49,134 nucleotides of DNA from Eubacteriales bacterium (GTDB taxonomy: Bacteria; Bacillota; Clostridia; Oscillospirales; CAG-272): positions 1 through 49,134 of the forward strand of contig JAZNDA010000053.1 in the NCBI GenBank assembly GCA_045587785.1. Direction: 5' to 3'. Both the position numbers and the translations under genes were made by a program. Below are positions 42,018 through 49,134 of this stretch, piece after piece. Position 1 is the stretch's first letter. Each line of letters opens with the position of its first letter. The notes beneath the pieces are model-generated. The model did not search any database. It had not been told where the DNA came from and saw nothing but the letters and a program-made list of their open reading frames with translations.

Positions 42018-43127
42018 TTAAAAGACGATAGGCTTGCCCGAAAGGGCACAAAGACCGATGCGGAGAGCCTCGGCGGCGGTCTTGCGCTCCTCGGGCTCGG
42101 CAGATCTGATCTTTGCCGCAAGCTCACGGTAAAATTCTCCGCGTATGCTCATGTCGCGCTCAAGCTCCTCAAAATCCAGAATCGGCGTGGTGTTGTCCTT
42201 CAGCTCCAAACGGTAAAGATCGGTGATCGCGTCGGCGATCGCCGTGCAGGACGGGATGTAATCGGGCGTGAGTGCGCCCGTCAGAATGACGCGAAGGGCG
42301 GTATCGTCCTTGTAGCCATGAAGGGCAACGTGACGGCGCAGACGCGCAATGACGTCGCCGTCTGTCTCGGCTCCCGTGATATCCAGTGTTTCGATCATGT
42401 AACGGTGCTTGGCAATTTTTATCTTTTCGCTTTTCACGGTGTTTCCGTCTACCGTGACTTCCATGATGCCGCCAAAATCAAGCTCGTCAAAGCTTCTTCC
42501 CTCAAGACACCCGCTGTAAGCGGTCAGCGTCTTGCCCAAGGTCACGGGTGCGGGTGCACGGTGTACGTGCCCAAGGGCCGCGTAGTCAAAGCCCGAATCG
42601 GCAAGCTGACGCGAGGTGATGGGCGCATAAACCGAAAGCGGTACGTCAAGATCGGCGTGGGCACAGAGAATATTGATCTTGGCTCTGTCAAGGGAAGCAC
42701 AGCCATCAAGCGGATTTTCTTCGTGTCTTGGCGAGGTAAAGGCATAGCCGTGGATCAGCGTGTTGATGTGAGAAAGATAAAAAGACGACATCTTTTCCGA
42801 GGTGAAGATCATGACGTTTTTTGGCAGTGTCCCCGCATACAGACCGCCCTCGGTGTAGGGGTCGTGATTGCCGGGGCTGATGATGACGGGACAGTCTAAG
42901 GTGGCGAGCATGTCGGAAACAAATTTCACGGTGTCAAGGCAGGTAAAGCCGCTGTCAAACAGATCGCCCGCAATGAGAACGAAATCGACACGTCTGTTTT
43001 TGGCGTGGCATATGAGTGCACGGAACAGCTCGCGCTGTTCTTGCCGTCTTGCCTCGCTTTGCATTGCATCCAAAGACGAAAAGGGGCTGTCAAGATGCAG
43101 ATCGGCACAATGTAAAAATCGGATCAT
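42018..43127 (-). CDS. yhaO: SbcD/Mre11-like metallophosphoesterase of the YhaO (SbcF) type
   Basis: Calcineurin-like motifs DLHLD, GDLFD, GNHD and GHVH. Confidence 0.8.
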   Translation of the reverse strand: MIRFLHCADLHLDSPFSSLDAMQSEARRQEQRELFRALICHAKNRRVDFVLIAGDLFDSGFTCLDTVKFVSDMLATLDCPVIISPGNHDPYTEGGLYAGTLPKNVMIFTSEKMSSFYLSHINTLIHGYAFTSPRHEENPLDGCASLDRAKINILCAHADLDVPLSVYAPITSRQLADSGFDYAALGHVHRAPAPVTLGKTLTAYSGCLEGRSFDELDFGGIMEVTVDGNTVKSEKIKIAKHRYMIETLDITGAETDGDVIARLRRHVALHGYKDDTALRVILTGALTPDYIPSCTAIADAITDLYRLELKDNTTPILDFEELERDMSIRGEFYRELAAKIRSAEPEERKTAAEALRIGLCALSGKPIVF

Positions 43128-43156
43128 GGAATACCTCACATAATTATTTGGCATTT

Positions 43157-44032
43157 TTATGTATTTGATGGGTGGTTTGAAAAGCTTCTGGGTGACATTC
43201 CGCTCATCTTTTTAAAGAAGCTGGAAAAATGAGAGGGACTGTGAAAACCGAGGGAGTAGGAGATCTCGCTGATGGAGCTGTTTTTTTCAAGCAACAGCTT
43301 TTTTGCTGTGTCAAACCGTAATTTATTGTAGTACGCGATAATACTTTCTCCCGTTTCCTGCTTAAAGACGGTCTTGAGTGTGGAGGGAGAGTAGGAAAAA
43401 TGTGCCGCCAGTTCACTAAGCTGTATGGGGTTGCTCAGATTTTCTCTGAGATAATCCTTGATGGCAGCGGAGAGCTTTTTTCGCCTTAAGTGCTGGGTGT
43501 AGGATTCGATACGGAGACTGACGTCGGTGCTCCTTGAGGAATAGAGCGAAAGGAGCAAAAGCTCTATGGTGTTCTGGATAAACTGCAAATGAAGCGCACA
43601 GGCGTTTTCGCTTGGTGCCATAAAGCCGTCGGTTGCAATATCCAAAGGACTTTTAGGGGAGAAATATGCCTCGGCGTGTGTGACGATATCTCCGAGATAC
43701 AGACGCTGTCTTTGATTGACGGCGAGAATTTTATCTTCAAAAAAGCTCATGACACTGTTGGAACAGTGGAAGCAGAAAATGATCGCCGTGGCATCCGAGT
43801 GATAGGGCTGAAGATTGTGAAATTCCATGGGCTTGTGGCATATCATTTCTCCGCTTTTGATGACGTATTTTTTGTCATCCGCGTATGCCGACATTTTGCC
43901 CGATTCCACAAAAACAAATTCCCATCCCGCATGGCGTTCGCCGTTGTAGCTGAACCCTTTTTGGAAAGTGTGCCGAAAGGCACTGAATACGCCGAACACC
44001 TGTATTTCCTTTTGATTTTCTACGTTTTGCAT
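43157..44032 (-). CDS. AraC-family transcriptional regulator with an N-terminal cupin sensor domain
   Basis: C-terminal HTH_18 region (SPSTLKTVFKQETGESIIAYYNKLRFDTAKKLL...GFHSPSHFSSFFKKMSGMSPRSF). Confidence 0.85.
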   Translation of the reverse strand: MQNVENQKEIQVFGVFSAFRHTFQKGFSYNGERHAGWEFVFVESGKMSAYADDKKYVIKSGEMICHKPMEFHNLQPYHSDATAIIFCFHCSNSVMSFFEDKILAVNQRQRLYLGDIVTHAEAYFSPKSPLDIATDGFMAPSENACALHLQFIQNTIELLLLSLYSSRSTDVSLRIESYTQHLRRKKLSAAIKDYLRENLSNPIQLSELAAHFSYSPSTLKTVFKQETGESIIAYYNKLRFDTAKKLLLEKNSSISEISYSLGFHSPSHFSSFFKKMSGMSPRSFSNHPSNT

Positions 44033-44429
44033 GGCTTCTCCTTTGATGCTCGATTTGTGAATGGAGAGGGGGTGAGATCAAGATAAAAATAATCGTCTGA
44101 ATTTGAAAGTTCTTTGTCTTATTATAACTTGAAAAAACGTACTTGTCAAGATAAAATATAAATATACTCTCAAATGAAATAGGAAAGGGGATGACGCATA
44201 AAAAGCGGGGGTTCGTTTTGATGGCATTGAGATCATTGTTGCCCAAAACGGAAAGGCTCCCATGAAGATCGAGATCGATGACAGAGAGCCCATCATCGGT
44301 GAGCTTTTCTATTTTCGGATGTTTGGTAAGGAAAGATCCAAAACACCCAAAATCCGTCCGAGGGCTCGGACAAGACCATTGCACTTTTACATCAGGTGTT
44401 TGAATTTGCTAAATTTGGAGGATTGAATT

Positions 44430-45284
44430 ATGAAAAGTAGAATATGTCTGTATTCCCCGCCTTTAAGAGAATTGAAATCTTATTTTGAAATGATCGACCT
44501 TGCGGTGGAATTTGGGTTTGAGAACGTTGAGACCCTCAACGAATTCGAATTGTGTGAGCCCGACGTGGAATTTGCCAAAAAGCTTCGCGAATATGCCGAT
44601 GGGAAGGGCATTCGCTTTTCCTGCGTTTCGGTGGGGATGGATCTTGTGGGGGACACCACCCGCGAGATGACCGAGAAAATGAAAAAATATGCCGACGTGG
44701 CAAAAATTCTCGGTTCGCCCTATCTGCATCACACCATTGCGTTTGAGTACCGAGACCCCCAGATCATCGAGAAAAATCGGGCACTGTATTATAAGCAAGG
44801 TCTGGAAGCGGTACGCGCGGTATACGATTATGCCGCGGAGCGCGGTGTTCGGACGATTTATGAGGACCAAGGGTTTTTGTTTAACGGCGTCAGTTCGTTT
44901 GGAGAGTTCCTCTCGGACGTCGGACGTGACGTGGGCGTGGTCGCTGACTTTGGTAACATCCTGTTTGTGGATGAGGCGGTGGAAGATTTCATTCCCGCTT
45001 TTGCCGACCGCATCGTCAACGTTCACATCAAGGACTACGTTATACCGATGGGTGACATTAAACGCGACCCCGATTGTTATTACAGCCGTGGTGGCATTCC
45101 GCTTCAGGACTGCGTTTTCGGTGAAGGCATCGTGAACATGGATAAGGCCTTTGCGGAGCTCAAAAAAATAGGCTATAAAGGACCGCTCGCTATAGAATGT
45201 GTTCCTTTGGGCGAGGATCCGAGAGAGAATCTTCGCAAATATATAGCATTTGTCGAAGATTATGTGAAGAAGATGGAGGAATAA
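44430..45284 (+). CDS. Sugar phosphate isomerase/epimerase (xylose-isomerase-like TIM barrel)
   Basis: 284 aa with the AP_endonuc_2-like pattern (...HHTIAFEY..., IYEDQG, VHIKDY, IECVP). Confidence 0.7.
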   Translation: MKSRICLYSPPLRELKSYFEMIDLAVEFGFENVETLNEFELCEPDVEFAKKLREYADGKGIRFSCVSVGMDLVGDTTREMTEKMKKYADVAKILGSPYLHHTIAFEYRDPQIIEKNRALYYKQGLEAVRAVYDYAAERGVRTIYEDQGFLFNGVSSFGEFLSDVGRDVGVVADFGNILFVDEAVEDFIPAFADRIVNVHIKDYVIPMGDIKRDPDCYYSRGGIPLQDCVFGEGIVNMDKAFAELKKIGYKGPLAIECVPLGEDPRENLRKYIAFVEDYVKKMEE

Positions 45285-45287
45285 CAA

Positions 45288-46013
45288 ATGAATGTACTTG
45301 CAATCGGTTGTCATCCCGACGACATTGAAGTTGCGTGTGCGGGCACGCTTGCCAAGTGTGTAAAGCGCGGTGATAAGGTGATTGTCTGCCACGCTTCCAG
45401 CGGTAACCTTGGTCATGTGATCATTCCGCCCGATGAGTTGACGGTCATTCGCGCAAACGAGGCAAAGCGCGCAGGTGCCATGGCGGGCATTGAGGTCATT
45501 TCGGCAGGTTTTGACGATCTTGAGATCTACGACGGAAACAAGGAAGCCAGAGACAAGATCGTGGACGTCATCCGTTATGCTCAACCCGATTTTATCATTA
45601 CGCACCATCCGAACGATTATATGCCTGACCATACGGCGGTATCAAGGCTTGTGTTTGATGCCAGCTTCACTGCAACGCTGCCCAATTACACGAACTATCC
45701 TCATCGCTACAGTTCCATGGACGGCGAGCCCGCAAAGCTTGTTCCGATCTACTATATGGATACGTTGGCGGGCATAGATTTCCAACCCATGGAGTACGTG
45801 GATATCTCCGAGGAGATCGATCTGAAGATCCAGATGCTTGAGTGTCACGAGAGCCAGCTCGTCTGGATGCGTGAGCATGACAACGTTGATTTTGCCGACA
45901 TGGTAAGGACCTGCTCGCGTTACCGCGGCTATCAGTGCGGTGCGGATTATGCCGAGGGCTTCAGACAGTGTCAGGTCTACTTAAAGGGAACCGCAAAAAG
46001 GCTGTTGCCGTAA
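45288..46013 (+). CDS. PIG-L/LmbE-family N-acetylglucosaminyl deacetylase
   Basis: [31 protein letters not shown] and ECHESQL motifs. Confidence 0.85.
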   Translation: MNVLAIGCHPDDIEVACAGTLAKCVKRGDKVIVCHASSGNLGHVIIPPDELTVIRANEAKRAGAMAGIEVISAGFDDLEIYDGNKEARDKIVDVIRYAQPDFIITHHPNDYMPDHTAVSRLVFDASFTATLPNYTNYPHRYSSMDGEPAKLVPIYYMDTLAGIDFQPMEYVDISEEIDLKIQMLECHESQLVWMREHDNVDFADMVRTCSRYRGYQCGADYAEGFRQCQVYLKGTAKRLLP

Positions 46014-46042
46014 TCATAATACAAACAAAGGAGAATACGAAC

Positions 46043-46981
46043 ATGGATTTTATGAGTACCGTTAAGGGTTCTTTGCTTGAGAACTTTTATCCCGAAGGAT
46101 GGGACATGGCGCGCATTGACGCGTGCTGCGAGAAGGGTGTTGCCCGCGAAAGTTTCTGGAACAAGGATTTCAATCCCGTGGAGTGCAAGGACATTCACGA
46201 TTTTGACGTTCTGATGGGACATGAGATCGCCCTGCAGATCAAAAAGACCAAGGAGGAGGGCAGAAAGCTTGCCATGATCCTTCCCGTAGGTCCTATGGGT
46301 ATGTATCGTTGGGCTTCCTACTTCATTACCGAGTGGAAGCTTTCTTGCGATCACGTTTACACCTTCAATATGGACGAGTGGTCGGATGCTGACGGAAATA
46401 CGCTCCCCAATACCAATACGGCATCGTTTGAGTACAGTATGAAGGAAGCCTTTTTCAATAAGCTCGGCGAGTACACCGTTCCCGAGACACAGCGCAACTT
46501 TGCGACCAAGTGCAACCTTCCCACCTATGAAGGTAAGATCAAGGCACTCAAGGCAGAGGGTGCCAAGCTGGTGCTGGTATACGGTATCGGCAGAATGTGC
46601 CACATCGCTTTCTGGGAGCCCCAGTTTGCCACAGACTATAAGAATGACGAGGAGTGGAAGCAGGCGACCCACCGCATCGGTGCAAAGCTTCATCCGCTGA
46701 CCATCGGGCAGAATGCGCTCACCAGCTTTAAGAGCCGCACCACGCTTGTTCCGTGCCGTGCCAACACCATCGGTCCCGGTCTCTTCCTTCAGGCAGACTA
46801 CGCGATCGGCGGTGCTGACGGCGTTCTTGGCAGAGGCATGGGCTGGCAGGGAATGAGCTTTTTGACCACCCTTCACTACGGTCCCGATCGCCACATCACC
46901 TCGACCTACATTCCCACACTTCCCGGCAGACTTTTCTATCTGTCCGAGCTTGCGGGTCCTCTCACAGCAGAGTGTAACTAA
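46043..46981 (+). CDS. Glucosamine-6-phosphate deaminase/isomerase-family protein (long NagB-like form)
   Basis: The [13 protein letters not shown]...FNMDEW pattern fits the Glucosamine_iso family. The start was moved to the ATG behind AAAGGAGA, because the track extension overlaps the upstream gene. Confidence 0.65.
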   Translation: MDFMSTVKGSLLENFYPEGWDMARIDACCEKGVARESFWNKDFNPVECKDIHDFDVLMGHEIALQIKKTKEEGRKLAMILPVGPMGMYRWASYFITEWKLSCDHVYTFNMDEWSDADGNTLPNTNTASFEYSMKEAFFNKLGEYTVPETQRNFATKCNLPTYEGKIKALKAEGAKLVLVYGIGRMCHIAFWEPQFATDYKNDEEWKQATHRIGAKLHPLTIGQNALTSFKSRTTLVPCRANTIGPGLFLQADYAIGGADGVLGRGMGWQGMSFLTTLHYGPDRHITSTYIPTLPGRLFYLSELAGPLTAECN

Positions 46982-46995
46982 AACTAAAATTTTTT

Positions 46996-47023
46996 AAAGA
47001 CCGCCGATCGGCGGTCTTTTTTT
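46996..47023. terminator. Bidirectional terminator
   Basis: AAAGACCGCCG-AT-CGGCGGTCTTTTTTT between convergent genes. Confidence 0.85.
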
Positions 47024-47026
47024 ATG

Positions 47027-49134
47027 CTATTTGTTTGAAAAGCAGAAGGATATTTTTGTGGAATCGCAAACAATGCAGGTATTTGTAATTTCGGGCGGTA
47101 TAAAATATGATGCGAGCGAATTGTTATTCACAAAGATATAATCACAGTCAGGACAGTAAAAGCTTTGTTTTGAGGCAGGCCCGTGACTGCCCAATATCAA
47201 AGCTTCGGCATTTTGAGCTTTTTGGCAAATATCATGATAAAGTGCGCTGTCTTCGTGCGCAGATTCGCTTACATACAATAAAAACCTATCAAAGATCTCG
47301 GCACTAACGTAAAACACGGGATCAACGGAACGCTCTAAATACGTCTGGGGCGAGACGGTCAGAGAAAGAACGCCGAAATCAAGAGTACTGCCGCGGTCAT
47401 AGATCCAAACGGGGATGGCATGCCGGTCGGCAAGAGAAAGAAGCTCTGTGAATACGGAGGATTCCTCACTGTTTTGCGGTCGCGGCAAGCAAAGAGAATG
47501 AACGGTCATGCTTGAAAACAAGCGCGATAATCCGCTTATGTGCGAGGTGTGGTAGTGGGTCAATACGTATGACGAGATTTCTGTAGAATATCGCTGCACC
47601 ATAGTGTCGCCGATCAGATCAAGCGCAGAGCTTGAGCCGTTTGTCATATCGCAGACCACGCTTTGCTCGTCGGCGGAAAACAGCAACAGTTCATTTTCGC
47701 CGTGACGCAGCATATCGACGTGTATCCGATCGGTAGGCGATAAACGCAAAAAGCAAAGAAAGACCGAAAGCGAAAGGACGATCGCGCCCATCGAGGCGGG
47801 GATCTGCCAATTTCGTTTGAATTTGAGCACAAGAACAAGGGCGATGATCAGAGCTGAGACGGGAGTGAAAACCGAGAAAAAGCTATGCCCGAAGGATACG
47901 GTAATGCCCCCAAGGGATGAAAAATAAGATACCGTTTCAAGCATGGCATGACAAATGAGATAGAGGAGCTTGCCGATGAGAGATGCAATCAGGGGAAGCC
48001 ACGACAGGAACAGTATAAGCGGCGTCAAAAACAGGACAAGCGTAACAAAGGGCGAGAGAATCAGACCGCAAGGCAGTGCCACAAGCGACAGCTCGTCAAA
48101 AACAAGCCACATGGGGAAAAGAACAAAGATCTGTGCCGCAAGCGAAACAAGGATCGCCGATACGGCGCGCATGATATGACCGATCCATTTTCGGTTTATG
48201 GACGTTTGCTTTAAACTCTCGCGGATCATTTGGATATAGATTTGTGCGATCAGAATCCCCAGTACCGCCAGCACCGACATCCATAAGCCAATATCGTAGA
48301 CTGAAACGGGAGAGATCACAAGAAGAAAAAACAGCGCGAAAAACAGTGAGGTGATTGCATCGTTGTCGCTTCCCAGCAGCCACGAAAGATAAACAAAACA
48401 GCACATAAGGAAGGCGCGGCAGGCGGACAGCGCAAAGCCCGTCAAGGTAAGATACCCAAAAGCGGTCAGCAGAACTGCAATACAGCGCTTTTTCTTATCT
48501 ATATTCAAAAGACAAAGAAGCTTGTCTGCCAAAAGGATGATCACCGAAAGATGCATGCCGCTGATGGCGAGCAGATGGGTGGTTCCCGTACGTCTGAAAT
48601 CGCGAACGGTCTTAGAGCTCAATAGCTCACGCTTGTTTAAAAACAGCGAGCAAACGAGATATCCTTCTTCATCGGGTACAATCTTGAGCAAATACTCGGC
48701 AAGCGTATCTCGGACGTTCGAAATGCCTTTTGTGAGCACATCTGCATTTTTGTGATCGATGATTTCAAAGCTCTCGACCTCGGCATCCAGCTCAAGGAAA
48801 ATGCCGTCGGACAATAAATAAGAAGCATCAAGGGAGTTACAGTCCACCGCATGAAGGACAAAGCTTCCACTTACAACGTCACCCTCCGTCCATCCGGCAA
48901 GAAAGGGAAGGCTGACATTTGCCTCAGAATTCAAATGCAAGATATTGACGCGGTAGAGCGAAAGATAGTCGGCACAGTATTTTTGCTCCAGCACCTCAAA
49001 GCTACAATCTACGCTTTGACCGTCATATTTGGCGATCTCCGACGTTTTTCGGTCAATGCAAAGCCATGACTGAAAAAGCGCGAGCGCAACAAACAAGAAC
49101 GCAAATAGGGGCGTGAGCAGCTTTGGATGAAAAC
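47027..49134 (-). CDS. comEC: ComEC/Rec2-family DNA internalisation protein; the N-terminus runs off the window
   Basis: A polytopic competence domain (..TGTTHLLAISGMHLSVI..) is followed by a C-terminal metallo-beta-lactamase-like domain. The frame stays open to the window end. Confidence 0.8.
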   Translation of the reverse strand, partial: FHPKLLTPLFAFLFVALALFQSWLCIDRKTSEIAKYDGQSVDCSFEVLEQKYCADYLSLYRVNILHLNSEANVSLPFLAGWTEGDVVSGSFVLHAVDCNSLDASYLLSDGIFLELDAEVESFEIIDHKNADVLTKGISNVRDTLAEYLLKIVPDEEGYLVCSLFLNKRELLSSKTVRDFRRTGTTHLLAISGMHLSVIILLADKLLCLLNIDKKKRCIAVLLTAFGYLTLTGFALSACRAFLMCCFVYLSWLLGSDNDAITSLFFALFFLLVISPVSVYDIGLWMSVLAVLGILIAQIYIQMIRESLKQTSINRKWIGHIMRAVSAILVSLAAQIFVLFPMWLVFDELSLVALPCGLILSPFVTLVLFLTPLILFLSWLPLIASLIGKLLYLICHAMLETVSYFSSLGGITVSFGHSFFSVFTPVSALIIALVLVLKFKRNWQIPASMGAIVLSLSVFLCFLRLSPTDRIHVDMLRHGENELLLFSADEQSVVCDMTNGSSSALDLIGDTMVQRYSTEISSYVLTHYHTSHISGLSRLFSSMTVHSLCLPRPQNSEESSVFTELLSLADRHAIPVWIYDRGSTLDFGVLSLTVSPQTYLERSVDPVFYVSAEIFDRFLLYVSESAHEDSALYHDICQKAQNAEALILGSHGPASKQSFYCPDCDYIFVNNNSLASYFIPPEITNTCIVCDSTKISFCFSNK

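Noticed and set aside
39637-43127. The SbcC/SbcD-like pair could be a Lamassu-, Gabija- or OLD-like defence system.
   Set aside because: The architecture (calcineurin-type phosphoesterase plus a Rad50-like ATPase with a TM hairpin) and gene order match the conserved Firmicute yhaO-yhaN repair operon. There are no flanking mobile-element signatures and no obvious compositional shift. It is kept as a finding only for the membrane-hairpin oddity.

Overview
This 49.1-kb window looks like chromosomal DNA from a spore-forming Firmicute of the class Clostridia, roughly 50-55% GC by eye. The evidence for that is spoIIE, SleB-type and CotF-type spore genes, T-box regulation and a type III glutamine synthetase. 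It opens with the last ~365 nt of a 23S rRNA, which is followed by a terminator and no 5S gene. Most of the rest is housekeeping: cysK, glnN, spoIIE, a T-box-controlled cysE-cysS unit, mreD-PBP2, dut, polA, smpB, a YhaO/YhaN-type SbcD/SbcC pair, and a comEC gene truncated at the window edge.

Three stretches look accessory.
1. A ~3-kb lower-GC insertion carries a single 918-aa MmeI-family (Type IIL) restriction-modification gene. It sits in the extreme 3' end of cysK, is bracketed by a perfect 44-bp direct repeat, and has no recombinase. This is the most interesting object in the window.
2. A 2.7-kb PBSX-like prophage late-module remnant contains two tail-fibre genes, an XkdX-like gene, XhlA and a holin. 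It has no endolysin, no other structural genes and no integrase.
3. A tight queT / COG2509-type FAD protein / HAD phosphatase operon lies behind a candidate preQ1 riboswitch leader.

Other oddities:
- a SLOG/DUF1273 gene translationally coupled to a GT4-CsaB fusion;
- an SbcC-like ATPase with a membrane hairpin in the middle of its long central region;
- an orphan hydro-lyase beta subunit coupled to an XRE-TPR regulator and a Cys-motif lipoprotein;
- an AraC-linked amino-sugar-like gene trio;
- a ComEC whose metallo-beta-lactamase motif looks degenerate.

I saw no CRISPR array, tRNA gene, transposase or integrase. All family assignments come from recognising motifs in the supplied translations. 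No database search was possible, and coordinates of small RNA or hairpin features may be off by 1-2 nt.
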